Assembly: GCA_964016885.1 (NCBI GenBank)
Contig: OZ024745.1
Span: 20,770,001 to 20,834,000, forward strand
Source: Eledone cirrhosa
Taxonomy: Eukaryota
Length of the DNA stretch: 64,000 nt
Direction: 5' to 3'
Positions 1 to 12,905 of the stretch are shown piece after piece. The notes beneath the pieces are model-generated. The model saw only the letters and a program-made list of their open reading frames with translations, was not told the DNA's origin and searched no databases. The position numbers and the translations under genes were made by a program. Positions within the stretch are counted from its first letter, which is position 1; each line of letters begins with the position of its first letter.

Positions 1-38
1 CATATGTACATATGTACATACATACATACATACATACA

Positions 39-69
<31 letters not shown>

Positions 70-86
70 GTACATAGGTACATACA

Positions 87-117
<31 letters not shown>

Positions 118-187
118 GTACATACATACATACATACATACATACATACATACATACATACATACATACATACATACATACATACAT
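1..187. repeat. (CATA)n microsatellite
   Basis: Near-perfect CATA tandem run. Confidence 0.97.
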
Positions 188-283
188 AGCTAAGCATGTA
201 CGTCTTCAGTGTGTGCGATAATTGTACGTAACTAAATGCGTGTACATCGTGAGAAATGTGACGAGTTGTTTTCCGTTTTCATC

Positions 284-445
284 GGTTGGTGTTGGTGCAG
301 GGATGGTGTTGGTGTTGGTGCAGGTATGATGTTGGTGTTGGTGCAGGGATGGTGTTGGTGTTGGTGCAGGGATGGTGTTGGTGCAGGGTTGGTGTTGGTG
401 TTGGTGCAGGGATGGTGTTGGTGCAGGGTTGGTGTTGGTGCAGGG
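284..445. repeat. GGTGTT/GGTGCAGGGAT minisatellite
   Basis: Repeated ggtgttggtgcagggat units with a variable number of ggtgtt. Confidence 0.85.
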
Positions 446-619
446 TGTGGATACGAGGACGGGAGGGTTCGATCGTGCTATTCTGGCACGGTTATTCTTC
501 AGGCCTTTGCTAATATCAACGATGGAGACGTGACTACTGAACACGGCAAATGGAAAATGGTGGTAGGAAGGATCGTGTTAGTACGTGTGGCAAATGCAAA
601 CACATGACTGCAGACGTTC

Positions 620-1745
620 AGATACACATATACATACGTACATATATACATACGTACATACACATATAGATAAGTACATACACATATACATACGTGCATA
701 TACATATAGATAAGTACATACACATATACATACCTGCATATACATATCATATAGATACGTACATACACATATACATACGTGCATACACATATAGATAAGT
801 ACATACACATATACATACGTGCATACACATATAGATAAGTACATACACATATACATACGTACATACACATATAGATAAGTACATACACATATACATACGT
901 GCATATACATATAGATAAGTACATACACATATACATACGTGCATATACATATAGATAAGTACATACACATATACATACGTGCATATACATATAGATAAGT
1001 ACATACACATATACATACGTGCATACACATATAGATAAGTACATACACATATACATACGTGCATACACATATAGATAAGTACATACACATATACATACGT
1101 ACATACAAATATAGATAAGTACATACACATATACATACGTGCATATACATATAGATAAGTACATACAAATATACATACGTGCATATACATATGGATAAGT
1201 ACATACACATATACATACGTACATACACATATAGATAAGTACATACACATATACATACGTGCATATACATATAGATAAGTACATACACATATACATACGT
1301 GCATATACATATAGATAAGTACATACACATATACATACGTGCATATACATATAGATACGTACATACATATACTCATACGTGCATACACATATAGATAAGT
1401 ACATACACATATACATACGTACATACACATATAGATAAGTACATACACATATACATACGTGCATATACATATAGATAAGTACATACACATATACATACGT
1501 GCATATACATATAGATAAGTACATACACATATACATACGTGCATATACATATAGATACGTACATACATATACTCATACGTGCATACACATATAGATAAGT
1601 ACATACACATATACATACGTACATACATATATAGATAAGTACATACATATATACATACGTACATACATATATTGATAAGTGCATACACATATAGATACAT
1701 ACATACACATATACATACGTACATACATATATAGATACATACATA
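620..1745. repeat. 40-bp minisatellite made of two diverged 20-bp halves
   Basis: Unit acatacacatatacatacgt-gcatatacatatagataagt, about 28 copies, degenerate at both ends. Confidence 0.95.
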
Positions 1746-1959
1746 CATTATATGCATACATACATATATACATAAACATATAAAGACATATATTATATAC
1801 ATTACATATATATACATATACAGACATATATGCATTCTTATTCATTGACATATGGCTTCATTCATTAACATTCATATATATGTATATATAAGCGTATATA
1901 TACATTCATATATATAGGTATATATAAGCGTATATATACATACATATATATATATATAT

Positions 1960-2002
<43 letters not shown>

Positions 2003-2004
<2 letters not shown>

Positions 2005-3070
2005 CGATTCTGCGGAGGTTACTGATCTTAACGGCCTTTTCCTTCTTTTCTCTATCAAGGACGAATTCCCCAACGCGGGCGGTGGTTTGTACCGTGATGA
2101 TGGTCTTTTGACCATGACTAAGTGCGGACCTCGTGCTTGCGACAGGTTCAGAAAAGAACTCACAGCCTTCTTTAAAGGCTTCAACCTCTCTATACAGGTT
2201 GAGGCCAATCTCTCGGTCGTTAATTACCTCGACGTTACCCTCAATTTATCGAATGGGTTGTATTACCCGTATAGAAAGCCGAATGATACGCTTAATTACA
2301 TAAGTAAGCATTCCAACCATCCTGCCAGCATAACCAAGAACCTGGTAAGAAACGTTTCGTTTAGGCTTTCCCGTCTATCTACTAACGAGCATATTTTCAA
2401 CGACCATTCCACTTATGACAATGAAGCTCTTGCTCGGAGTGGATTTGTCGATAAGGTAGCATATACAGAGTACGAAAATAGACCTAGAAGTAATAGATCC
2501 CATCGCATTTGTTGGTATAGCCCACCGTATTACGAAGCATTTTCCCCCTACATATAAACATAGTAACATTTTTAATAGAAATAATATTAAAATTTCTTAC
2601 TCTACAACTCCTAACCTTGCACATAACATCACAGCTTCAAATTTAGCTAAACTACCTAACCGTAGGAACACGTGCAACCTTGTAGTTAGTACTAACTGTA
2701 ATTGTAGGAATCGAGTTGTTTGCCCCCTATCCGGGAAATGCCTCTCTAGTAACATTGTCTACAAATGTAAGGTTGAAACACCCACGTCCCGTAGGGCCTA
2801 CATAGGGTTAACCGCCAATAGATTCAAGCAGCGTCTTTACATGCATGCCCATTCTTTTCGTTACCCTCTTAGAAGGAATATGACATCACTTTCAGCTTAT
2901 ATCTGGAGTCTAAAAGACAACCACACCCAATTTAAGTTACACTGGGAGATCCTAGCTAGGGTTAGATCGTATAACGGAAATAAAAGAACATGTGACCTCT
3001 GCGCCGTTGAGGCCCTGGAAATACTCTACACCACAGACCACATCTTAAACAAAAAATCTGAGGCAATTTC
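2003..3070 (+). pseudogene. Disrupted PLE RT/GIY-YIG ORF
   Basis: Stop at 2555-2557, with an internal deletion or frameshift between the RT thumb and the endonuclease. Confidence 0.85.
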
Positions 3071-3533
3071 GGTTGTAAACATAAATTGCACAAAACTTTC
3101 CTGTATTACAGCCCCACATTATACCCTAACGGATAGTACGATCTATACGTGGATTTTTTACGTCTTGATGTGGTAGCTAAGTATATGTTTTGTTTATACC
3201 ATTACTTATTTGCATAGGTAAGTATATATTACCTCTATGTTTTGTGAAGGTACGTATTCTTTCTCATACGTATATTTGATTGATTGTGTTGTGGCGTATA
3301 CATTTTTTATATTTTCTGGTACATATGGTTTGGTTATGTGTATACGGGAGTTTTGCGTCTGCGTGTGTATGCAGGTTCGTACGTATGTAGGGTGTGTGTA
3401 TATGTGTACTTCATGTTTTGGCTGACTTACGTCTTCGAACATTTGTGTATTTACATGTAGGTATGTGGGTGCGCTTGTTATATACGTATTTATTTATTTA
3501 TTTATATACGTTTATTTAATTATTTATTTGTAT

Positions 3534-3569
<36 letters not shown>

Positions 3570-4072
3570 TTATATGTGCGTGGTTTTGTATACCTATGGC
3601 AAGTGTTTTGCGTATGCTTGTGTATGTACGTATTTGAATGTGTGTATGCATTTATTTAATTTCTATTACCCCTGTATTGTATTTATTTACTTTATTCTTA
3701 ACTCTGAAGCAGAGATTCATTCGGTCTCCTAGTTAGAATTTTAGTCTACGACTTCTGCTATACCATTTACGTGGTTTTGTCTTTGCGTGCAATTGTTCTC
3801 CACGCCCCACATATGACGTATTACCTTCGTTTTTTCGTTCATTGCCAGAGAACGTCTCTATGCACCACCTAAGAGAACATTAGTCTACGACTTCTTTTAT
3901 ACCATAAACGTGGTTCTGTCTTTGTGCGTAATTGTTTTTCACCGCTCCTATTAATGACGTATTATATTCGTTTTTTCCCGTTCTTTGCCAGGGAACGTTT
4001 CCACGAACCAAAGTATCGTCTTCCTGTCTTCCTCCGGTTGCAACGTTTTTTGAAATATCCACTTCTGCGTTT

Positions 4073-4148
4073 ACAGATTGACTTTGTTAGTTTCAGAAGA
4101 TCCCGTTAAGGGTGAAAGCAGCGATTCTTTGCTTAAACTTTAATCTGT
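4073..4148 (+). ncRNA. Hammerhead-like motif with variant core (CAGAAGA) at the PLE 3' end
   Basis: agttt-CAGAAGA-t-ccc gttaa ggg-t-GAAA-gca..tgc-TT-aaact, with stem I extended by acagattg/taatctgt. A second copy lies at 6522-6597. Confidence 0.5.
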
Positions 4149-4171
4149 TATTTTAATAAATATATATATGT

Positions 4172-4203
<32 letters not shown>

Positions 4204-4578
4204 GTGTGTGTGTGTGTGTGTATGAATGTATGCGTGAGTGTGTATATATGTATTTATACTTACATGCATGTATAGACGCATGCTTAAATACATACATACA
4301 CATATACATGCATACATACATACTTATGTAAACACGATACACACATGCACTCACAGAGGAATCCAGGAATGTTTCTTCACAAACATATTAATGTACGACC
4401 TCGCATGCAGTTCACATATACTGTATATATATATATACGTTGCTAGAATATCACACATGAGCATACACAGTCACATATACACACACATTCATATGCTCAT
4501 TGATATGCACACATATATACACACACACGCACACACACACACTTTAACACATGTTAGTGCGATTTCACGAGCATTTAC

Positions 4579-5390
4579 ATTACCAAAATTAAATATATTC
4601 TACATTATTGCTGTCATTATTGATGGCACTGGTCCACTAGTTATTACATAATGTTCCAGTAATCCTGGTATATATGACATACCAGTCTATATTACCAAAA
4701 TTAAATATATTCTACCTTATTGCTGTCATTATTGATGGCACTGGTCCACTAGTTATTACATAATGTTCCAGTAATCCTGGTATATATGACATACCAGTCT
4801 ATATTACCAAAATTAAATATATTCTACATTATTGCTGTCATTATTGATGGCACTGGTCCACTAGTTATTACATAATGTTCCAGTAATCCTGGTATATATG
4901 ACATACCAGTCTATATTACCCAAATTAAATATATTCTACCTTATTGCTGTCATTATTGATGGCACTGGTCCACTAGTTATTACATAATGTTCCAGTAATC
5001 CTGGTATATATGACATACCAGTCTATATTACCCAAATTAAATATATTCTACCTTATTGCTGTCATTATTGATGGCACTGGTCCACTAGTTATTACATAAT
5101 GTTCCAGTAATCCTGGTATATACGACATATCAATCCTACACTCCAAAAATTAAAAACTTTCAACACCATTGCCATCATTATTGATTCCTGGTATATATGA
5201 CATACCAATGATTGACGCCCAACATTAAACATATTCAATACCATTGCTATCATATTTGATGGTACTGGTCATATACTAGTATATACTATTCCAGTAATCC
5301 TGGTATATATGTCATACCACTCCTGGACTCCGAAATTTAAATACGTTCCACGCTACTGCCTTCATTATTAACGACACGGGTTTACTAGTG
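4579..5390. repeat. 112-bp tandem repeat
   Basis: Units start at 4579, 4691, 4803, 4915 and 5027 and are near-identical; about 2 degenerate copies follow. Confidence 0.95.
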
Positions 5391-5753
5391 AAATATAAAT
5401 ATGACCATTATTAAAGTATTAGTGTAATACAAAATTTGACCTTCTCAATGTGATAATGTAGAGGGTCAGATTGGTGTTAAAGCATAGACTTTACTGATTA
5501 CCTATTTTGAGTGAATCCTGTTTGATTTATCAGCTATCGTTCAGCGAAGTCTCGTTGTCTCATTATTAAATGAAAGATATTTATCAAGCTGAATTGTATT
5601 CTAGCTCTATCCTAAATATGTCACCTCATATCTCAGATAAAATTGTTAATAACACATTTTCATGTCGTCTCTTTGTCTTTAGTTTTCCTTCTTTGAGAGT
5701 GTGTATATACACATACATACATATATACACACACACACACACTCAAACAAGCA

Positions 5754-5843
<90 letters not shown>

Positions 5844-5903
5844 CGTATATATATTTAAATATATAGTTAAATAAATTATATAGTTGCGTGCATACACACA
5901 TGA

Positions 5904-5934
<31 letters not shown>

Positions 5935-6010
5935 GATAGAAATTATAGTTAGATAAATAGATTATATACATGCATACATACACACATATACACACATGCA
6001 GACACATATG

Positions 6011-6045
<35 letters not shown>

Positions 6046-6209
6046 ATATATGTAGGAGGTGAGTTTTTTGTAGCACAATAATGCAATGCAAATATCGGAT
6101 AAGTAGCACTCAACAGTTTATAGGAATGGAGTATAAAAATATAATAAAATATGTTGATTTAACACTTCACTGCTCGCAAGTGTTTTTTGAGCTTCATATC
6201 ATGTCTCCC

Positions 6210-6280
6210 TATTTTATCTGATGAAAACGCAAATATCATCCCATGATGATATTTGTTTTTGAAATGCGCATAATAAAATA
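6210..6280 (+). ncRNA. Type I minimal hammerhead ribozyme
   Basis: Stem I tattttat/ataaaata; CTGATGA at 6218-6224; long stem II caaatatcatc-ccat-gatgatatttg; GAAA at 6261-6264; palindromic stem III a-tgcgca-t; predicted cleavage after ATA. Confidence 0.85.
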
Positions 6281-6315
6281 CTTGGAACTCTGTTAACCAT
6301 CTTACGATCTTATAT

Positions 6316-6407
<92 letters not shown>

Positions 6408-6521
6408 GTTTTAATATAGATGAGATTCTACAGGACTAGAACTGTTTCATTCTTTTTCTTAGTCTGTATGTCTGACTGTCTGCATTAGGTAACGTTTTTC
6501 GAAATATTTACTTCTGCGTTC

Positions 6522-6597
6522 ACAGACTAATTTTTTTATTTTCAGAAGATCCCGTTAAAGGTGAAAGCAGCGATTCTTTGCTTAAACTTTAATCTGT
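6522..6597 (+). ncRNA. Second copy of the CAGAAGA hammerhead-like PLE tail
   Basis: 6490-6615 is nearly identical to 4040-4165. Confidence 0.45.
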
Positions 6598-6679
6598 TAT
6601 TTTAATAAATATATTTGTGTACAGATATTTTTGCATGCACAAAAACAAAAACCTATTTATTTCACGAAAGCACAGACGG

Positions 6680-7418
6680 CTTATCATCATTGTTACTTTT
6701 CGAGGACCACAGTCTTTCCAAGATCTGAGAACCATCAATGGCCATCATTGTTCCAGTTACTGTTTCCCTTGCCAGATGCGTGGTATGTTACACGATGACA
6801 ACCATTGGCACCTCACCCTGCAAGAAGTAGCAACTGCTAAAGTCCCTTCTCAGCTTCGAAAACTTTTTGCTATTATGCTGCACAACTGCGATGAGGACAT
6901 CCTCCACCGCACACCCAGACGCAATCCAAACGTAACATACGATGTCATTTTCAATGAGGCGCACATTTGTCTTGAAAACAGTGTCCTGGAGATTGGTGGT
7001 AGGCCTTTAAGTCTTACCTGCTCCTGACAGGAGTGTTCAGAGGTCAACGTCTACAGAGCTTCTCCGCGAGACGTGCTACGATATCAGTGATTCTCCCATG
7101 GGAGCTCGCCAAACAATATCTTCATCTTTGCTCCGGAGGGCCGAACAAAAAATATTGTATACTCTGAGGCTCTAACAATGTAATTTAAATATTTTCTGTT
7201 ACTTGGAATTTCCATTATGGTTGTACAAATTATTGTTTGTTAAAAAATGTGTTCTCTGTTCACCATTTATTGTTGTAGCTATCAATCAGAGCACGTTAAT
7301 CCCCCCCCTCTCTGACTTGAGAGGGCGTGCGATATCTTTGCACTATAGTGTAGGGGGATTCCTGAAAAGATAAAATGCCGGTAAGCCTAGCCGAGCGCCA
7401 GCCGGACGGGCCAGCTAG
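6680..7418 (+). mobile_element. Internally deleted Helitron relic
   Basis: RepHel-like peptide GPQSFQDLRTING..LHDDNHWHLTLQE..PSQLRKLFAIML; helicase C-terminus-like GRTKNIVYSEAL* at about 7139-7183; GC-rich subterminal stretch followed by CTAG (7415-7418) and then T. Confidence 0.85.
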
Positions 7419-7439
7419 TATACATATATATATATATGC

Positions 7440-7474
<35 letters not shown>

Positions 7475-7520
7475 ATATGGAAAACGAAGAATCAGTGATG
7501 CCTCGGAACACAAATTTATT

Positions 7521-7613
7521 ACGTATTACAAATGTTTCTCCGGCGAACAGCTCGAGGTGCGATCTGTTTGTGGATCGAACCTGACTCTGGATTTGCAAGT
7601 TCCTCAGATACGT
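7521..7613 (-). ncRNA. Hammerhead-like motif with long, poorly paired stem II
   Basis: Minus strand: acgtat-CTGAGGA-(62 nt including ggttcgatcc)-GAAA-catttg-TA-atacgt, inside a unit flanked by (TA)n. Confidence 0.55.
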
Positions 7614-7668
7614 CTAGTGATATATATATATCTACACACACACACATATATATATATAAATAGAGAGA

Positions 7669-7738
<70 letters not shown>

Positions 7739-8620
7739 CGCACACAAAACTAATGCTTCATCCAATATCTTGCTTTACTGTCGCAATGAGATGCCATTTC
7801 TGTTACGAGCTGATACAATCTACAGGTTACAATTGGTGGCTGTATGAAGGAAGATTTGAACTCAGGACAAAATCAGGACAAACCTGATCAATGCAGGAAA
7901 AACCAGCATCGAATGCCGCGCATCATCCACGGGCGGGGTGGAATTGGAAAAAATGTTTTTAGAGAAAAAAAAACATATATTTCACGTTCCTCCAGTTTAC
8001 TCAATGTAGAAATGAGATATACCTTGGAGGAGGCCAGCTAATCTGCATAGGTGTGAGCTGTCACACACACACACATACACACACATAGGTGTGAGCTGTC
8101 ACACACACACACACACATAGGTGTGAGCTGTCACACACACAAATGCATGCATATATATATATGTATATGCATGTATATATATATGTATATTAATATATAT
8201 ATATATACATGTGTACATCTATTGTGTATATATGTGTGTGTATATATGTGTATATATCTGTGTTCATCTCTCTGTTATATTCAATTATATATATACATAC
8301 ATAAAATGAAAGAAAGAGATGGTAGAGCTATTGAAAGAACGTGGTTGAGGGAGGTATGTACAAAGACAAAGAGGAAAAGGGGGTGCAAAGTGGTAAATCA
8401 GTGTAAGAGAATTATCATCTGGGTGAGATCGAAATAAAGTAGGAGAGACAATATAGAGACACCTGATGCCACAAAGTAGAACATTGATTGTCTTCAATCT
8501 TAAAATGAACGTCTGCTCATCTTTAGAAGCAGTGTAATATAATTAAATGGCGTTACTTCCGGTATGAAGGATTTAAATGACTAATATATAATACATAGTG
8601 GCGGCTGGTTGTTCCAGTTA

Positions 8621-8662
<42 letters not shown>

Positions 8663-8665
<3 letters not shown>

Positions 8666-8740
8666 GGTGTCCCAAAAATGTATACATAATTCAGTAGCAG
8701 AATAACCAAAATGTGTATACATTCTTTTGGGGACACTCTA
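8663..8740. mobile_element. Tc1/mariner-type MITE remnant
   Basis: Terminal inverted repeats CAGGGTGTCCCAAAAATGTATACA and TGTATACATTCTTTTGGGGACACTCTA, inserted in (TA)n. Confidence 0.75.
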
Positions 8741-8753
8741 AATATATCAAAAG

Positions 8754-8825
<72 letters not shown>

Positions 8826-8826
8826 T

Positions 8827-8862
<36 letters not shown>

Positions 8863-9249
8863 TGAATATATATATATATATGTGTGTGTGTGTATGTATG
8901 TATGTACATACTGGATATATATATGCATATATACCTATATACTGAATACACTAATGTACTACATGTACTGTAAAATGAGTTTGGAATTCGATGTAAGTGC
9001 ATGTGTATTAATACAGATGTTACCTACCACCAAATGTTTTTATAAATTAGAAATTATGAATGTATGTAGAATTATGTATAATAGATGTATTCTCACTCGC
9101 AGCCATGCACACCTGTACATCATGCTTGCATTCAAGAACAATGATACAACCCCACATACGCAGAAACACAGTGTGCATACTGACATGCGTATATTCGTAT
9201 ATACATACATACATACATACATACATACATACATACATACATACATACA

Positions 9250-9283
<34 letters not shown>

Positions 9284-9561
9284 CGTGCGTATATATGTAT
9301 ATATAATTACACACACAAACACACACAAACGCCCCCCCCCCATATATATATATATCGACATTCGATCGGCTTTCGTCAAATTGGACCGAGGAAACAATGT
9401 TTCCATTGGTCTTTCCAATTGCTAATACTATCTATCAGTCGCAAATCCAGGTAGAAGGAGCAACTCTCAAAGAATCACCAAATAAGGTTTATTTTTCAAC
9501 TTAATCCCCGGAAAGAAACAAGGCAGTTATTAAGAAAAAAATTGAAATTTATTATTAATGA

Positions 9562-10500
9562 TCGTTACGGGGGTCGATAAAATAAATTACCAGTAAGTCA
9601 CTGCGCTTGTTTTCATCGACAAATTCTGCCCCCAAAATTGTTGGCCTTGTGCTTAAATTAGAAATCATTATTCAAGGTTACCTTTGCCTTTCTTCCTTGT
9701 GGGTCTATAGAATAAAGTACCAGTAACGCACTGGGGTTAATCGACTTTCTCTTCCCCAAAAATTGTTATCGGCAGAATCAGTAGATCGTTGGACCCCATG
9801 CTTTGCGGTCCTTTCAAATCTCGCCTATGTTAGTTTTGCCTTTCATGCATACGGAATCGATAAAATATAGTACCAGTAATGTACGGAGGCCAATTTAATC
9901 GACTTTCCCTTTCCTCTAAAATTGTTGGCCTTGTGCCTAAATCAAAATCATTATTCCATGTTAGCTTCGCCTTCCATGCTTATCGAACCGATAAAAAAAG
10001 TACCAGTAATGCACTGGGACTGGTTTAATCGACTTTCTCTTTCCCCCAAAATTGTTGGCCTTGTGCCTATATTAGAAATCAATATCATTATTAGGGCGGT
10101 GGATTGGCAGTATTGGTAGAGGGTCGGACGCCATGCTTTGACGCATAGAGTTACGGCCCTTGCTTTTCTGAGTTCAAATCCCGCCAAGGTTAACTTAGCC
10201 TTTCATCCTTACGGGGTCGATAAAATAAAGTACCAGTAATGCACTGGGTAATTGCTGGCCTTGTGCCTAACGTAGAAACAGTTATTAGGGCGGTGGATTG
10301 CCAGTATCGGTAGAGCGTCGGACAACATGCTTAGCGGCATAGAGTTACGTTCCTTTAGGTTCTGGGTTCAAATCCCGCCGAGGTTAATTTTACGGGGTCG
10401 AAAAAATAAAGTAGCAGTAACGTACTGGGGTCGATTTAATCGATTTTTCCCTGAAGCCAAAATTGTTGGCCTTGTGCCAAAAGAAGAAATAATTATTATT
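9562..10500 (+). mobile_element. Head-to-tail cluster of about 6 tRNA-headed SINE copies
   Basis: Repeated ggggtcgataaaataaagtaccagt..cccaaaattgttggccttgtgcc. The fullest copies, 10093-10285 and 10287-10500, carry B-box-like gttcaaatccc and (att)n tails. Confidence 0.85.
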
Positions 10501-10807
10501 GTAATAACAAGTATCATAAATCACACGGTATATGTAAACAAATAGAGAAATCTAATGAATAGAGAGAGCAATGTTGAGACTAGATAGAATAGTATTTAAG
10601 ACGTCATCTCTGGAAGGCGGCACGTATCTCAAACTTCTCTCACGTACTGCTTCATTATATTGCAATCATAATAAGTCTTGGAGCCTTTCAGTTGTTATGG
10701 AAGACCACACGTGACATAATGTCTCCTTTTGAAGCCATCTTACAGCAGCAAAGGAGTATGCTGAAGAGCCGTGCTCATTATTCTTAAGGAGAAGGTGGAG
10801 GAGATAC

Positions 10808-10824
10808 AGTAGTAGTAGTAGTAA

Positions 10825-10860
<36 letters not shown>

Positions 10861-11150
10861 CGGTGGTGGTGGTGGTGGTGGTGGAGGTCGCTGTAGTGGC
10901 AGTGGTAGTCGTGGTAAAGGTGGTGGTGGTGGTAGTGGTGATGTTAGTGGTAGTAGTGGCGGTAGTGGTGGAGGTCGCTGTAGTGGCAGTGGTAGTCGTG
11001 GTAACGGTGGTGGTGGTGGTGGTGGTGGTGGTGGTTTTGGTGGTGGTAGTGGTGATGTTAGTGGTAGAATAGATGGTGGTGGAGGTGGCTGTAGTGGCAG
11101 TGGTGGTAGTGGTGGTGGTGGTAGTGCCAGTGGCAGTGGTGGCGGTGGTG
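10808..11150. repeat. (GTA/GTG)n low-complexity tract
   Basis: Triplet repeats with an internal motif of about 100 bp, gaggtcgctgtagtggcagtggtagtcgtggta, recurring. Confidence 0.85.
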
Positions 11151-11556
11151 TAATTATGATTCAAATGAAGATAACAGTAATGGTGGTGAAGTTTATTGTT
11201 GTGTCATATGTGATAATATTATAAATGTTAATGAGAGTAGTAGTAAGAGAAGTAAGGGAGGTGTCATTGTGGTGAATATATTGCGGGGAGGTTCAACTGG
11301 TAAATCAATGGAAATTGAGATGTACTTCTTGTATTCTTTTCATTTACTTATCGTTCAGTCTGGTACTTATTTTATCGATCTATATTTTATCGATTACCTT
11401 AGTTCTCATTTTGACACAATACCGATTCTTTGTGTCAAACGGACATAGATAAACGTAGACACACACGTATACATACATACACACATACACATATGCAAAT
11501 ATATATATGACAGTGGATCGACTTTCGTCAAATCGGACCGAGGAAACAATATATAT

Positions 11557-11784
11557 ATAGCTTTCACCGTATTTTTTACTAAAGGAATTTTAGCCTGATA
11601 ATGGGGTTTAGAACCCTCAGATAAATGGAAAAAGATGTGATGTGTTGGTGTAATGGTAGCAGAGTGGTCGCGATAACCAAAGATGTTTGTTCGACTCCCA
11701 TGTACGTCAATACTTATCTTTTTCCATTTATCTGAGGGTTTATCAGGCTAAAATTCCTTTAGTCAAAAATACGGTGAAAGCTAT
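11557..11784. mobile_element. Foldback element enclosing a tRNA-like core
   Basis: Inverted arms at 11557-11636 and 11716-11784. The core has A-box tggtgtaatgg (11646-11656) and B-box gttcgactcc (11689-11698). Confidence 0.65.
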
Positions 11785-11834
11785 TCTATTTTCTAATTTC
11801 AAACCTGCTCACTGTTTCAAAACATACTTACATG

Positions 11835-11892
<58 letters not shown>

Positions 11893-11897
<5 letters not shown>

Positions 11898-12507
11898 TTC
11901 TTTAAGTCGTTTGGAAGCCTCGACAATGCAAATGGGTAAATCTCCGGGTAACAAGATCCGGTGGTGGAGAGAGAGATGTAAGTGGGTGTACGTTGAGATG
12001 CGTGGCGTGTATAAGACGTGTAGAGGAATGAAGTAAAGAGCATAAAGGATAAAATTAAAATAACAACACGAGAGAGAGTTACCTTGGGAGAGATTTAATT
12101 GTCCCTATATATTTCGGATTCACATCCATCAACTGGGTTTTTTTTCCGGAGTGGGGGAAAGGTTGTCTGTCGGAAATATTCAGATATTCAAAACAACGAA
12201 CAGCGGAGGACGCGTTTCGCACCTTTCCGACAGACAACCTTTCCCCCACCCCGGAAAAAAACCCCAGTTGATGGATGTGAAGCCGAAATATATAGGGACA
12301 ATTAAATCTCTCCCAAGGTAACACTCTCTCGTGTTGTTATTTTTATTTTATCCTTTATGCTGTTTCCTTCATTCCTCTACACGTCTTATACACGCCACGC
12401 ATCTCAACGTACACCCACTTACATCTCTCTCTCCACCACCGGATCTTGTTACTCGGAGATTTACCCATCTGCATTGTCGAGGCTTCCAAACGACTTAAAG
12501 AAATTTA
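11893..12507. repeat. Long inverted repeat (arms about 284 bp, 47-bp spacer)
   Basis: 11893-12176 is the reverse complement of 12224-12507 with few mismatches. Confidence 0.95.
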
Positions 12508-12544
12508 CCTTATTATTCCACAATGCTTCAAGCAAACTTCAATA

Positions 12545-12603
<59 letters not shown>

Positions 12604-12741
12604 GTGTTAAACAATATTCAATGATTATGTCTAAGAATGAGTTTTACAGTAGATTGGAAGCACTCAACGGTAAATAATTTTCTGGAGTTATTAATATTAA
12701 AATATAAGTATTAATAAAATAGATGTTCTTTTGATCAATTA

Positions 12742-12796
12742 CATTTTATTATACATATTTCGGATGTACAACAGTACGTCCTCATCAGACAAAATA
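12742..12796 (-). ncRNA. Type I minimal hammerhead ribozyme (left arm)
   Basis: Minus strand: tattttgt-CTGATGA-ggacgtac tgtt gtacatcc-GAAA-tatgta-TA-ataaaatg. Confidence 0.85.
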
Positions 12797-12905
12797 TAAT
12801 GATACATGACATACCCTAAGATGTTAAATGGTTAAGATTTAATCATGGTAGTACCTTGATTAAATCTTAACCATTTAACATCTTAAGGTATGTCATGTAT
12901 CATTA

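Larger units (their letters stand above)
2003..4165 (+). mobile_element. 5'-truncated Penelope-like retroelement (RT C-terminus, GIY-YIG endonuclease, 3' tail)
   Basis: 2003-2557 reads [37 protein letters not shown] (PLE RT and thumb). After a break, 2571-3070 reads NNIKISYS..CNCRNRVVCPLSGKC..NIVYKC..AYIGLT..FKQR..CDLC..E..LNKKSE (Cys linker plus GIY-YIG). Both ends abut (TA)n. Confidence 0.92.

Noticed and set aside
3695-3740. Additional hammerhead at ctgaagc..tctc
   Set aside because: The core is incomplete and there is no GAAA or stem III.
11640-11706. Functional tRNA gene
   Set aside because: The acceptor and T stems pair poorly and the anticodon loop is non-canonical; treated as tRNA-derived only.
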